Virus record (IMG/VR): IMGVR_UViG_3300033993_000240
Strand: one strand, 5' to 3'
DNA length: 64,000 bases
Origin: an uncultured virus (IMG/VR IMGVR_UViG_3300033993_000240)
Taxonomy: Duplodnaviria; Heunggongvirae; Uroviricota; Caudoviricetes
Shown: positions 35,301 through 45,621 of the stretch, one piece after another
Position numbering within the stretch: position 1 is the stretch's first letter
Layout: each line of letters starts with the position of its first letter
Translations under genes and position numbers: made by a program
Notes under the pieces: generated by a model
The model's database searches: none
What the model was told of the DNA's origin: nothing
What the model saw: the letters and a program-made list of their open reading frames with translations, nothing else

Positions 35301-35342
35301 GTGCTTGCATCATAAACCAAAAATAAGGTATAGTGCAAGCAC
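35301..35342. promoter_or_regulatory. Overlapping divergent promoters
   Basis: Identical to 1154..1195. Confidence 0.7.
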
Positions 35343-35373
35343 TTCCGCAAATATTTTTTCTAAGGTGCAAATT

Positions 35374-35559
35374 ATGATGACTGTTGAGCAAATCAAAAAA
35401 CGGCTGGAAGATGCCAATCTCAAGCGAGTGGCCGAGAATGCTGGCGTGCATCCAGCCACGGTTTACAGGTTTATGCAAGAGGAATCCAAGCCCCTGTATG
35501 AGACGGTCAAATCCCTGAGCGACTACCTCAGCAGGCAGGAGACCACAATCAATGGCTGA
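35374..35559 (+). CDS. Cro-like HTH regulator
   Basis: Ortholog of 1227..1412. Confidence 0.8.
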   Translation: MMTVEQIKKRLEDANLKRVAENAGVHPATVYRFMQEESKPLYETVKSLSDYLSRQETTING

Positions 35560-37567
35560 CCTCTCCAAAGTGCTCGGTGGTCCTTGGGCTCCACCACCCG
35601 AAAAACTTGTCGCACCACCAGAAGCACAGCTCATCGACGCAATGCGTGCGGCAGGCCTTCAGCCACCAGAGGAAATCCTCATGGATGGCAAGATTCACCG
35701 ATTCAAGTCAGGCACCAAAGGCGCACCTGGCCACGGTGACAAGCCAGGCTGGTATCTGGTGTTTGGTGATGGCATCCCAGCCGGTCGCTTCGGATGCTGG
35801 CGAGCAGGCATGGAAGTGACATGGCGTGCAGACGTAGGAAGAAAACTCACGCAGACCGAGGAAATGTCACACGCCAAGCGACTGGCTGAGGCCAAAGCCC
35901 TGCGAGACGCAGCACTCGAGCGCCAGCACCAAGTGGCCAGCGACACGGTCGAGAAAATCTGGACAACAGCCAACCCAGCAAATGCCGAGCATCCATACTT
36001 GGCCAAGAAGGGCATTCAAACTCATGGCGCACGAATCACAGGAGATGGTCGGCTGGTGCTGCCACTCTACGACGAAGACGGAACATTGGCCACCTTGCAG
36101 TACATCGACCACGAAGGCGGCAAGCTCTACCACCCAGGCGGTCAGACTGGCGGCAAGTTCTGGATGGTAGGCTCACTAGATGAGCCTGGCACGCTGTTCG
36201 TGGCCGAGGGATTCGCAACGGCAGCCACAATCCATGAAACCACCGACAGGCCAGTCGTGGTGGCCTACAGCGCCAGCAATCTGGTGCCGGTCACTGGCAC
36301 ACTCAGGGAAATGTATGGAGCAACTCAAGACATCGTGATCGTCGCAGACCATGACCAAAGCGGTGTTGGCCAACGCTACGCAGAACAGGCCAGTGCCAAG
36401 TATGGCGCACGCATGGTTATGCCTCCGATACTCGGTGATGCCAACGATTATGCACAGGCTGGCCACGATCTTGCAGGCCTACTCATGCCACCGGCAGACG
36501 ACTGGCTCATCCCAGCCGATGACTTCTGCGCACAGCCAAGCCCCATCAGCTGGCTCGTCAAACGCTGGATTCAATCCCAAGCCCTAGTGATGGTCCACGG
36601 CCCAAGCGGTGGCGGCAAGACATTCGTGGTGCTCGACTGGTGCCTGCGCATGGCCAGCGGAACCGATGATTGGGCAGGTCACAAAGTGCGCCAAGGCAAC
36701 GTGGTCTATCTGGCAGGCGAAGGCCACCACGGTCTGCGCGGTAGGGTCGCTGCATGGAAGCACCACCACAAAGCAGGCAAGCTGGCTATGTGGCTGTCCA
36801 AAGACGGCTGCGACCTGAACACCCCGACCGGATACCTCAAAGTGGTCGAGCAAGTAAGAATGCTGAAAGACAGACCCAGCGTGATCGTGGTCGACACCCT
36901 GCACCGATTCCTTTCAGGCGATGAAAACAGCGCTCAAGATGCCAAGACCATGCTGGACGCATGCAATGCACTCATGCAGGAATTCAACTGCTCGGTGATC
37001 TTGGTGCACCACACAGGCGTGGCCGAGGAAGCCCAGCACAGGGCGCGAGGATCAAGCGCATGGCGAGGCGCTCTGGACATCGAGATCAGCATCGTGCCAG
37101 GCAAAGAAGGCGTGCCCATGCAAATCGTGCAACGCAAGTCAAAAGACGCAGAACTAGCCGAGACCATCCACGTTGAGCTGCAACAAGTGGCCATCCCAGG
37201 CTGGCGCGATGAAGACGACCAGCAAGTGACCAGCGCTGTGATCGTCCAAGCTGAAGCCCCCACAGCCCCGAAAAAAGAGTCGAAACTGGACGCACATCGC
37301 AAAACATTCGAGAACGCATGGTGGGGAACAGGCGCTGAAATACGCGAGGGTTTACCCTATATAAGCAGATCGGCACTCAAAGACAAGCTGGCAGCCGATG
37401 GACGAAAACCACGCACGATCGAGAACGATCTGAGCGCGGCCTATCCAGAAAAACTAATCGGTGCACTCATCCTGTCAGAGATTATCAGCCCACTTGAACA
37501 CGGCTGGATGGTGATCGACGATGTGCAAGCAAGTGCCATGATGATGCGAAAAGGTGGCCAAGAATGA
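35552..37567 (+). CDS. Primase-helicase
   Basis: Ortholog of 1405..3414. Confidence 0.88.
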   Translation: MADLSKVLGGPWAPPPEKLVAPPEAQLIDAMRAAGLQPPEEILMDGKIHRFKSGTKGAPGHGDKPGWYLVFGDGIPAGRFGCWRAGMEVTWRADVGRKLTQTEEMSHAKRLAEAKALRDAALERQHQVASDTVEKIWTTANPANAEHPYLAKKGIQTHGARITGDGRLVLPLYDEDGTLATLQYIDHEGGKLYHPGGQTGGKFWMVGSLDEPGTLFVAEGFATAATIHETTDRPVVVAYSASNLVPVTGTLREMYGATQDIVIVADHDQSGVGQRYAEQASAKYGARMVMPPILGDANDYAQAGHDLAGLLMPPADDWLIPADDFCAQPSPISWLVKRWIQSQALVMVHGPSGGGKTFVVLDWCLRMASGTDDWAGHKVRQGNVVYLAGEGHHGLRGRVAAWKHHHKAGKLAMWLSKDGCDLNTPTGYLKVVEQVRMLKDRPSVIVVDTLHRFLSGDENSAQDAKTMLDACNALMQEFNCSVILVHHTGVAEEAQHRARGSSAWRGALDIEISIVPGKEGVPMQIVQRKSKDAELAETIHVELQQVAIPGWRDEDDQQVTSAVIVQAEAPTAPKKESKLDAHRKTFENAWWGTGAEIREGLPYISRSALKDKLAADGRKPRTIENDLSAAYPEKLIGALILSEIISPLEHGWMVIDDVQASAMMMRKGGQE

Positions 37568-37569
37568 AT

Positions 37570-37702
37570 CCCCCTAGCCCCCTGAATCCCCCTAGGGGGC
37601 AAATCAGTGTTAGGGGGCAAGGCATCGAGAAAGACCCCGATAAGCCCCCTGCCCTCCTACCCCCTTTCTATAGGAAGGGGTAGGGGGTAAGGGGGCAGGG
37701 GA
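37570..37702. repeat. C-rich/G-rich inverted repeats (candidate origin)
   Basis: First hairpin nearly as in unit A; second has different sequence but the same C-then-G architecture. Confidence 0.6.
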
Positions 37703-37727
37703 CTTTCGATGATGCTGAACGCGATGG

Positions 37728-37774
37728 TTGATTGTCTAAAGCCTTTAGGGTATAGTTGAAAAGCCTATAGGCTT
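37728..37774 (+). promoter_or_regulatory. Promoter with two palindromes for unit-B insert
   Basis: TTGATT-N17-TATAGT; CTAAAG-C-CTTTAG; AAGCCTATAGGCTT. Confidence 0.55.
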
Positions 37775-37788
37775 AAAAGGAGATTTAA

Positions 37789-38079
37789 ATGGCAAAGACA
37801 TATTTTGGAAGAATCCCAAACGAAGAAGAGGGTTGGTCAATGGTGAAGTCGATTGAAGACGATGGCCAAGAATGGTTGGTATTCAAAAAATCACAGGAAC
37901 ACTCAGACGACTGGAACACCTACAAAGTGGTGGCAAAAGGTAGAGTAGAAAAAAAAGCCAACTATTGGCTGGTGAAAAATCACGTTACAGGACAGCTTGG
38001 ATTCCCAGCTGATTACGTCATGATGAGGCAATACAGACCAAATCTGCATGCTCAAGTTGAGGAGATTTTTAGAAAATGA
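37789..38079 (+). CDS. Accessory protein (96 aa), unit B only
   Basis: RBS AAGGAG; AT-richer than flanks; ATGA overlap with the next gene. Confidence 0.75.
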   Translation: MAKTYFGRIPNEEEGWSMVKSIEDDGQEWLVFKKSQEHSDDWNTYKVVAKGRVEKKANYWLVKNHVTGQLGFPADYVMMRQYRPNLHAQVEEIFRK

Positions 38080-38258
38080 CCAAACAAAGAGAAACCCCAA
38101 ACTTCGCAACATGGCAACATGACACGTTGGCCAAGTTTGCAACCGAGGTCTACATCCGACTCCAAGATGAGCAGGCCGCGAACGAGCAACTTAGGATGGA
38201 TTTAAAAGATGCCATGAAACTGGCGCGAATCGAAAACATGAAGGACAATGCAGCATGA
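38076..38258 (+). CDS. Small coiled-coil protein
   Basis: Ortholog of 3593..3775. Confidence 0.7.
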   Translation: MTKQRETPNFATWQHDTLAKFATEVYIRLQDEQAANEQLRMDLKDAMKLARIENMKDNAA

Positions 38259-38707
38259 CCACAAAATCACACAAAGCAAAAGCGCCAGCCAAGCGAACTA
38301 AGCCTGGCAGTGAAGACCGAGCCGTGATCGCTGACATGGTGCTTGAAGGAATGCGCAGCGGTCTGAGCGCTTTCAAAGCATGTCAAGCAGCTGGTGTTCC
38401 TCAAAGCACATTCTCACGCTGGGTGGATGATGATGCTATCCTTGCGGAGAATTACGCGCGCGCGAGGGAAGACTTGATCGAACGCATGGCCACAGAGATC
38501 ATGGAGATCAGCGATCAAGATGTTGGCGTGGCCGTGGATGGCAAGAAAGACTGGGCGGCAGTGCAAAAGCACAGACTACAAGTCGACACTCGCAAATGGT
38601 TGTTGTCCAAGCTGGCCCCAAAGAAGTTTGGCGACAAGATCGAAGTTTCTGGCGATCCTGCCAATCCCCTGGTGCAAAGAATTGAGCGCGTGGTCGTCAA
38701 GGCATGA
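38255..38707 (+). CDS. terS: Terminase small subunit
   Basis: Ortholog of 3772..4224; ATGA overlap directly with terL. Confidence 0.88.
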   Translation: MTTKSHKAKAPAKRTKPGSEDRAVIADMVLEGMRSGLSAFKACQAAGVPQSTFSRWVDDDAILAENYARAREDLIERMATEIMEISDQDVGVAVDGKKDWAAVQKHRLQVDTRKWLLSKLAPKKFGDKIEVSGDPANPLVQRIERVVVKA

Positions 38708-39927
38708 CAGTTTTACAGCTTCCAACACCTGAGTGGGCAGTTCCCCTGCTGGAGCCAAGCCGATACAAAGGCGCTTGGGGTGGCCGAGGCTCTGGCAAGT
38801 CCCACATGTTTGCCGAGCTGATGATCGAGGCCCACATCATGGACCAGAAGCGCAGAAGCGTCTGCGTGCGTGAAATCCAGAAGTCGCTCAACCAATCGGT
38901 CAAGCGCCTGCTCGAAACCAAGATCGAGCAAATGAACGCTGGCGCATACTTCGAGGTGCAGGAGGCCGTGATCAAGTCACGCAAAGGTGATGGCATGATC
39001 ATCTTCCAAGGCATGCAAAACCACACAGCTGACTCGATCAAGTCGCTCGAAGGTTACGACTGCGCTTGGGTGGAGGAGGCTCAAAGCCTGAGCCAGACCA
39101 GCCTCGACCTGCTGCGGCCAACCATTCGAAAGCCAGACTCCGAGCTGTGGTTTACATGGAATCCGCGCCAGCAAAACGATCCTGTCGACTTCCTGTTGCG
39201 TGGCCCAACACCGCCAAAGGACGCGACCGTCCTGAAAGTCAACTTCACTGACAACCCTTGGTTTCCCTCTGTACTGCGCGATGAAATGGAGTACGACAAG
39301 AGGCGCGACCCCGACAAATACCAGCATGTCTGGATGGGCAGCTACCTAACAAACAGCAACACCAGGGTGTTCAAGAACTGGCGCGTCGAGGACTTCGAGG
39401 CACCACCAGACGCAATCCACAGGCTTGGTGCAGACTGGGGTTTTGCGGTCGACCCGACCACACTGGTGCGCTGCCACATCATTGGCCGCACGCTCTACAT
39501 CGACTACGAGGCCTACATGGTCGGCTGCGAGATCGTGAACACGCCTGAGCTGTTCATGCAAGTGCCAGAGGCAGAGAAGTGGCCCATCGTGGCTGACTCA
39601 GCAAGGCCAGAGACGATCAGCCACATGAAAAAGAATGGCTTTCCAAAGATCATGACAGCGGTCAAAGGTCCGAAGTCGGTCGAGGAAGGAATCGAGTTCC
39701 TAAAGAACTACGACATCGTCGTGCACCCTCGGTGCATCCACACCATTGACGAGCTGACGCTGTACAGTTACAAGCAAGACCCACTGACCGGCAAAATCTT
39801 GCCGGTGCTCGAAGACAAGAAAAACCATGTGATCGATGCCCTGCGTTACGCCTGCGAAGGTGTGAGACGATCGGCTATCACAAAGCCTGCAACATTCACT
39901 CCATTGCCAAATGTAAAGAAATGGTGA
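38704..39927 (+). CDS. terL: Terminase large subunit
   Basis: Ortholog of 5069..6292. Confidence 0.95.
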   Translation: MTVLQLPTPEWAVPLLEPSRYKGAWGGRGSGKSHMFAELMIEAHIMDQKRRSVCVREIQKSLNQSVKRLLETKIEQMNAGAYFEVQEAVIKSRKGDGMIIFQGMQNHTADSIKSLEGYDCAWVEEAQSLSQTSLDLLRPTIRKPDSELWFTWNPRQQNDPVDFLLRGPTPPKDATVLKVNFTDNPWFPSVLRDEMEYDKRRDPDKYQHVWMGSYLTNSNTRVFKNWRVEDFEAPPDAIHRLGADWGFAVDPTTLVRCHIIGRTLYIDYEAYMVGCEIVNTPELFMQVPEAEKWPIVADSARPETISHMKKNGFPKIMTAVKGPKSVEEGIEFLKNYDIVVHPRCIHTIDELTLYSYKQDPLTGKILPVLEDKKNHVIDALRYACEGVRRSAITKPATFTPLPNVKKW

Positions 39928-39954
39928 GAAAATCACACAAAATGAGGATATAAC

Positions 39955-42015
39955 ATGGCCCGACTCACAAACGATCAACGCCTTGCGAACCTGCACGACG
40001 AAGCCCTCGCGCAATTCGATGATGTGCAAAGCGCACTGCGCGACGAGCGCTTGCAATGCCTGCAAGACAGACGCTTCTACTCCTTAGCAGGCAGCCAGTG
40101 GGAAGGACCACTCTGGGACCAGTACGAAAACAAGCCCAAGTTCGAGGTCAACAAGATCATGCTGGCCGTGATTCGAGTGGTCAACGAATACCGCAACAAC
40201 CGCATCACGGTGGACTTTGTGTCCAAAGATGGCGCTGAGAACGACAAGCTGGCCGAGGTCTGCGATGGCCTCTACCGAGCAGACGAGCAAGCATCGGTTG
40301 CCGATGAAGCCTACGACAACGCATTCGAAGAAGCGGTCGGTGGCGGCATTGGTGCCTGGCGCTTGCGCACAGTTTACGAAAACGAGGAAGACCCAGAGGA
40401 CGACCGCCAGCGCATCCGCATTGAGCCGATCTTCGACGCAGACAGCTCGGTGTTCTTTGATCTCGGTGCCAAGCGCCAAGACAAGTCCGATGCCAAGTTT
40501 TGCTTTGTCGTCACATCGATGACGCAGCAGGCCTACAAAGACACATGGGGTGATGACCCAGCAAGCTGGCCAAAGATCATCCACCAGTACGAGTTTGACT
40601 GGTGCACTCCCGATGTGGTCTATGTGGCCGAGTACTTTAAGGTCGAGGAAAAGACCGAGACCATCCGTATTTTCCAGACCATCACAGGCGAGGAAGAACG
40701 CTACACCCAAGAAGACTTTGCCAAAGATGAAATGCTGGAAGAAACTCTGGCAGCCATTGGCACAATCGAAGTGCGCCAGCGCAAGATCAAGACCAAGCGC
40801 GTGCACAAGTACATCATGTCAGGCGGCAAGGTGCTTGAAGACGCAGGCTACATTGCCGGCAAGTGCATTCCGATCGTGGTCGTCTACGGCAAGCGCTGGT
40901 TTGTCGACAACGTCGAGCGATGCATGGGCCATGTGCGTCTGGCCAAGGATGCCCAGCGTCTCAAGAACATGCAACTGTCCAAGCTGGGTGAGATCAGCGC
41001 CTTGTCGTCGGTCGAGAAGCCAATCCTCACACCTGAGCAGGTCGCTGGCCATCAAGTTATGTGGGCCGAGGACAACCTCAAGGACTATCCGTACCTGCTG
41101 ATCAACCCGATCACAGACCAGAACGGCAACCAGGCAGTGTCTGGCCCAGTGGCCTACACCAGATCGGCAGCCATCCCACCGGCAATGGCCGCGCTCTTGC
41201 AGATCACCGAAACCGACATGCAAGACATCTTGGGCAACCCAGCTGGCGCAGACAAGATGGTGAGCAACATCTCAGGCAAGGCCGTGGAGATGATTCAGGC
41301 CCGAGTTGATGGCCAAGCCTTCATTTACATGAGCAACTTTGCCAAGGGCATGAAGCGATGCGGTGAAATCTGGCTCTCGATGGCACGCGACATCTACACC
41401 GAAGACAAACGCAAGATGAAGACCATCGCGCCAACTGGTGAGGCTGGCATGGTCGAGCTGATGAAACCAAGCATTGATCAGGAAACTGGTGCAGTAGTCA
41501 TGGAAAATGATCTTGGCAGCGCCACATTCGATGTGATTGCAGACGTTGGCCCATCAAGCAGCACCAAGCGCCAGGCAACTGTCCGCGCTCTGACCGGCAT
41601 GCTCCAGATCACCCAAGACCCAGAGACAGCCCAAGTGATCACGGCAATGGCCATGATGAACATGGAAGGCGAAGGCATCAGCGATGCCAATGCTTACTTC
41701 CGCAAGAAGCTCTTGCGCATGGGTGTGGTCAAGCCGACTGACAATGAAGCCGAAGAACTCATGGCTGAAATGCAAGGCCAGCCTCAAGACCCAAATGCCA
41801 TGTACTTGCAAGCCGCAGCTGAGAATGAAACTGCTAAGGCAGCCAAAGCTAGAGCCGACACCGTTGAAACCGTGGCCAGCGCAGAACTCAAACGCGCTCA
41901 AACGCTGGAGACGCTGGGCAAGGTCGATGAGACTGCGCAGAACATGGCGCTCACAAATGCAGAGGCTGTGCAACAAATTTTGCAAGGACAGATCGTTCAG
42001 CCAGTTGTAAGATGA
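39955..42015 (+). CDS. Portal protein
   Basis: Ortholog of 6320..8380. Confidence 0.92.
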   Translation: MARLTNDQRLANLHDEALAQFDDVQSALRDERLQCLQDRRFYSLAGSQWEGPLWDQYENKPKFEVNKIMLAVIRVVNEYRNNRITVDFVSKDGAENDKLAEVCDGLYRADEQASVADEAYDNAFEEAVGGGIGAWRLRTVYENEEDPEDDRQRIRIEPIFDADSSVFFDLGAKRQDKSDAKFCFVVTSMTQQAYKDTWGDDPASWPKIIHQYEFDWCTPDVVYVAEYFKVEEKTETIRIFQTITGEEERYTQEDFAKDEMLEETLAAIGTIEVRQRKIKTKRVHKYIMSGGKVLEDAGYIAGKCIPIVVVYGKRWFVDNVERCMGHVRLAKDAQRLKNMQLSKLGEISALSSVEKPILTPEQVAGHQVMWAEDNLKDYPYLLINPITDQNGNQAVSGPVAYTRSAAIPPAMAALLQITETDMQDILGNPAGADKMVSNISGKAVEMIQARVDGQAFIYMSNFAKGMKRCGEIWLSMARDIYTEDKRKMKTIAPTGEAGMVELMKPSIDQETGAVVMENDLGSATFDVIADVGPSSSTKRQATVRALTGMLQITQDPETAQVITAMAMMNMEGEGISDANAYFRKKLLRMGVVKPTDNEAEELMAEMQGQPQDPNAMYLQAAAENETAKAAKARADTVETVASAELKRAQTLETLGKVDETAQNMALTNAEAVQQILQGQIVQPVVR

Positions 42016-42039
42016 ACGAAAAAGCGCGAGAATGTGATA

Positions 42040-42070
42040 AACGGCATCCACCCAGCCGTTCTAATGGGTG
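42040..42070 (+). promoter_or_regulatory. Predicted pseudoknot in scaffold leader
   Basis: Identical to 8405..8435. Confidence 0.6.
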
Positions 42071-42089
42071 AGTTTGATGGGGTCAGAAG

Positions 42090-42983
42090 ATGAACACAAA
42101 GGCAGTATTAGGAGAAGAAAACCAAGACGATGACACCATTGTTATTGAGGACGAAGGCCAAAGCACTGAGCAAACCACCGATGAGCAACAATCCATCGAT
42201 GACCAGGGCGAAGACCAGAGCACCGAAGATGGCGAAGGCGACAGCGACGAGGTGATTGTATCCATTGGTGAGGAAGCGCCACCTCCCGAAGAACAGACTC
42301 ATGCGCCTGAATGGGTACGCGAGCTGCGTAAGACGAACAGAGAATTGCAACGGCAAAACCGTGAACTGCAAGGCAAGCTGCAAAGCACCGCACAGACTGA
42401 GACCAAGCCGGTCGTGCTAGGCAAGAAGCCAAGTCTTGAAGAACATGACTATGACGCTGACAAATTCGAGACAGCACTAGCTGATTGGTTTGAGCGCAAG
42501 CGACAAGCCGATGAGTCAAATGCCAAGCAAGAAGCTGAAGTTATGAATCAGCAAAAAGCATGGCAAGCCAAACTGGATGGCTATGGCAAGGCGAAAGCCG
42601 AGCTGAGAGTCAAAGATTTTGAAGACGCTGAGGCCGTGGCCCAAGAGTTGTTCAACATTACCCAGCAAGGCGTGGTGCTCCAAGGTGCAGATAATCCTGC
42701 ACTCGTCATCTACGCGCTCGGCAAGAACCCGAAGAAGGCAAAAGAGCTGTCCGACATTAAAGACCCCGTAAAGTTTGCCTTTGCGGTAGCAAAACTGGAG
42801 AAAGAATTGAAAGTTACAAACCGCAGGGCAGCCCCGCCACCCGAGAGAATCGTGTCAGGAACTGGCCGAGTATCTGGGGCGGTGGACTCAACCCTTGAAC
42901 GGCTGAGAGCAGAAGCGGAGAAGACTGGAAACATGACGAAAGTCATCCAGTACAAAGCGCAGAAGCGAGCAGCTTCCAAATGA
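42090..42983 (+). CDS. Scaffolding protein
   Basis: Ortholog of 8455..9351. Confidence 0.85.
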   Translation: MNTKAVLGEENQDDDTIVIEDEGQSTEQTTDEQQSIDDQGEDQSTEDGEGDSDEVIVSIGEEAPPPEEQTHAPEWVRELRKTNRELQRQNRELQGKLQSTAQTETKPVVLGKKPSLEEHDYDADKFETALADWFERKRQADESNAKQEAEVMNQQKAWQAKLDGYGKAKAELRVKDFEDAEAVAQELFNITQQGVVLQGADNPALVIYALGKNPKKAKELSDIKDPVKFAFAVAKLEKELKVTNRRAAPPPERIVSGTGRVSGAVDSTLERLRAEAEKTGNMTKVIQYKAQKRAASK

Positions 42984-43008
42984 CCATTTTTTAATTTAGG
43001 AGCCAATC

Positions 43009-44283
43009 ATGGCCAATAGTTTCTCAAAAGAAGAACGCGTAGCGTTCGAAGACATCCTCGAAGGTTTCCAAGACTTGCTGGTCTTGTCTCGTCACGTTTC
43101 GGTCTACAACACAGACCAGACAATGATGGCACGCACCAACAACGTCATCTGGCGCCCAATGCCTTACATGGCGCAATCCATCAACAGCACTCCTGGCACA
43201 ACCATCGCTGGTTCATACCAGAACATGACTCAGTTGTCTGTGCCCTCCACCATTGGCTTCAGCAAGACTGTGCCTTGGACAATGACCACTCTTGACTTGC
43301 GTGACGCATTGCAAGAAGGTCGTTTGGGTGAGTCAGCCAAGCAAAAGCTCGCATCCGACATCAACGTGGCGATCATGAACACCGCAGCTGCTCAAGGCAC
43401 TTTGGTTGTTCCAGTCTCCACTGCTGCCGGTGATTATGATGATGTGGCCTTGTGCGACAGCATCATGAACGAGCAAGGCGTGCCTGACTACGATCGTTTC
43501 ATGGGTCTCGCAAGCCGCGACTACAACGGTCTGGCTGGTAACTTGTCTCAGGCAAGCCGTTCATTCGGTAACGCCAAGTCTGACAAAGCCTACGAGCGCA
43601 ACTTCGTCGGCATGGTCGCAGGCTTTGACACCTACAAGTTTGACTACGCAAACCGCATCGCTGCTGCTGCTGGTGGTGTCACAACCATCGACACTCAGAA
43701 CGCTGCTGGCAACTACTTGGTGCCACAAGCTACTTCGACTTCTGTCGGTGGCCAGATCAACGTTGACAACCGCTATCAGACTGTCACTGTGTCCAACACA
43801 GTTGGCATCGTTGCTGGCGATGCCTTCACGATCGATGGCGTGGTTGCTGTGCATCACATCACCAAGCAGTCCACTGGCCAACTGAAGACATTCCGTGTCA
43901 TCAGCGTGACCAACGGCACACAAATGGTGATCAGCCCTGGCATTATCTCCAACCAAGTTGCAAGCGATGCATCTGCACAGTACAAGAACGTTATCGTTAC
44001 TCCTGCTGCTGCTGCAAACATCAACTGGCTCAACACCGCAGCTTCGAACATCAACGTGTTCTGGCAGCGTGACTCGTTGGAAATCTTGCCTGGCCGCTAC
44101 GCAGTCCCATCCGATGCTGGCACCGCAGTGATGCGTGCTACCACCGATCAGGGCGTGGAGCTGGTAATGCAGAAGTTCTATGACATCGATAGCATGACGA
44201 TCAAGTATCGCTTGGACACACTGTTCGGTGTGGTCAACAAGCAGCCTGAAATGTCCGGCATCTTGTTGTTCAATCAGCCCTAA
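43009..44283 (+). CDS. Major capsid protein (diverged allele)
   Basis: Ortholog of 9369..10661; most divergent in the central I-domain. Confidence 0.92.
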   Translation: MANSFSKEERVAFEDILEGFQDLLVLSRHVSVYNTDQTMMARTNNVIWRPMPYMAQSINSTPGTTIAGSYQNMTQLSVPSTIGFSKTVPWTMTTLDLRDALQEGRLGESAKQKLASDINVAIMNTAAAQGTLVVPVSTAAGDYDDVALCDSIMNEQGVPDYDRFMGLASRDYNGLAGNLSQASRSFGNAKSDKAYERNFVGMVAGFDTYKFDYANRIAAAAGGVTTIDTQNAAGNYLVPQATSTSVGGQINVDNRYQTVTVSNTVGIVAGDAFTIDGVVAVHHITKQSTGQLKTFRVISVTNGTQMVISPGIISNQVASDASAQYKNVIVTPAAAANINWLNTAASNINVFWQRDSLEILPGRYAVPSDAGTAVMRATTDQGVELVMQKFYDIDSMTIKYRLDTLFGVVNKQPEMSGILLFNQP

Positions 44284-44297
44284 GCTGATTTAGGGGG

Positions 44298-44326
44298 GAA
44301 GGGGCTTCGGCCCCTTCTTCTTTCTT
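44298..44326 (+). terminator. Intrinsic terminator after coat gene
   Basis: GAAGGGGC-TTCG-GCCCCTTC-TTCTTTCTT. Confidence 0.75.
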
Positions 44327-44344
44327 CATTCCAAGGAGCGCACC

Positions 44345-44515
44345 ATGCCATTGACAAAAGGTTACTCAAGCAAGTCCATCGGCAAGAACATTGCCAAAGA
44401 GATGAAGTCAGGAAAGCCTCAAAAGCAATCCGTGGCCATCGCATTGAACGTGGCGACCAAAGCAGCCAAGGCCGCAGGCAAGCCAGGCAAAGCACCCAAG
44501 AAGGCCATGAAGTGA
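44345..44515 (+). CDS. Small Lys-rich protein
   Basis: Ortholog of 10716..10886. Confidence 0.75.
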   Translation: MPLTKGYSSKSIGKNIAKEMKSGKPQKQSVAIALNVATKAAKAAGKPGKAPKKAMK

Positions 44516-44685
44516 AAGCCGGTCTATACGCCAACATTCACGCCAAGCGTGAACGCATTGCAGACCAGAAGGCCGCAGGCAAAACGCCTGAACGTATGCG
44601 CAAGCCTGGCACAAAAGGCGCACCTACAAAGGCTGCATTTGTTGCATCTGCCAAGACAGCCAAGCCCATGAAAGGCAAAAAATGA
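44512..44685 (+). CDS. Small basic protein (GTG start)
   Basis: Ortholog of 10883..11059. Confidence 0.7.
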   Translation: MKAGLYANIHAKRERIADQKAAGKTPERMRKPGTKGAPTKAAFVASAKTAKPMKGKK

Positions 44686-45125
44686 GCGTGTTTCCAGTAA
44701 TGCTTTACAAAAGCCCAGGCATCCACAAGAAGCCAGGTGGCGGAACTTACACCTACATCAGCGTGCAAACGCAAGAAGAATTCAATGAAAAGACCGATGC
44801 AGGATGGTTTGAATCATCTGCTCAGGCCATTGAAGCCGCAGGCGAAAACGCTACACCAGCAGGCAAACCAAAGCCAAAGTGGGCAATCAAGCCAATAAAG
44901 AAGAAAAAGCCAGCCAAGCCACTCGACTGGCGTGAGCAGGTCAAGCCCGAGCCAGCGCCAGTTCCCGAGCCTGAGCCAGAGCCTATTGATGAGGACGCAG
45001 GGCCAACCCGCGAAGAACTTGAGGCTAAGGCCACAGAATTAGGAATTCGCTTTGATGGTCGCACAAAAGACAAAAAACTGGGACAATTGATCCAAGACAG
45101 ATTGTCTGAGAACACAGGAGAATGA
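44682..45125 (+). CDS. Protein with different N-terminal domain and shared HeH-like C-terminus (147 aa)
   Basis: MLYKSPG...GW N-terminal domain, PE linker, C-terminus as 11059..11355. Confidence 0.7.
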   Translation: MSVFPVMLYKSPGIHKKPGGGTYTYISVQTQEEFNEKTDAGWFESSAQAIEAAGENATPAGKPKPKWAIKPIKKKKPAKPLDWREQVKPEPAPVPEPEPEPIDEDAGPTREELEAKATELGIRFDGRTKDKKLGQLIQDRLSENTGE

Positions 45126-45126
45126 C

Positions 45127-45609
45127 ATGGGATGGACAAAGCGTCAATTCGTCGCACAGGCCTTCGAGGAAATTGGCCTTGCATCCTACGTCTTTGACTT
45201 GACCTCTGAACAGTTGCAATCTGCCCTGCGCAGGCTTGACACCATGATGGCCGCATGGAATGCACTGGGCATTCGCTTGGCATACCCACTGCCATCCAGC
45301 CCTCAAGACAGCGATCTGGACGAGCAGACCAACGTGCCTGACAGTGCAAACGAGGCCATCTATACCAATCTGGCCATCAAACTGGCACCCAGCTATGGCA
45401 AGCAGGTCATGCCTGACACCAAGATGACAGCCAAGGAGTCGTACAACACGCTCCTGTCACGCGCAGCCATGCCAATGGAGCAACAGATGCCAGGCACAAT
45501 GCCAGCCGGTGCAGGCAACAAGCCTTGGCGCGTCTACGACGACCCATTCTTGCAGCGCCCATACGATCCAGTCTTGGCCGGTCAAGACGGCCCACTCGAA
45601 TACAACTGA
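45127..45609 (+). CDS. Head-tail adaptor (gp4-like)
   Basis: Ortholog of 11357..11839. Confidence 0.82.
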   Translation: MGWTKRQFVAQAFEEIGLASYVFDLTSEQLQSALRRLDTMMAAWNALGIRLAYPLPSSPQDSDLDEQTNVPDSANEAIYTNLAIKLAPSYGKQVMPDTKMTAKESYNTLLSRAAMPMEQQMPGTMPAGAGNKPWRVYDDPFLQRPYDPVLAGQDGPLEYN

Positions 45610-45621
45610 GGAAATACCAAC

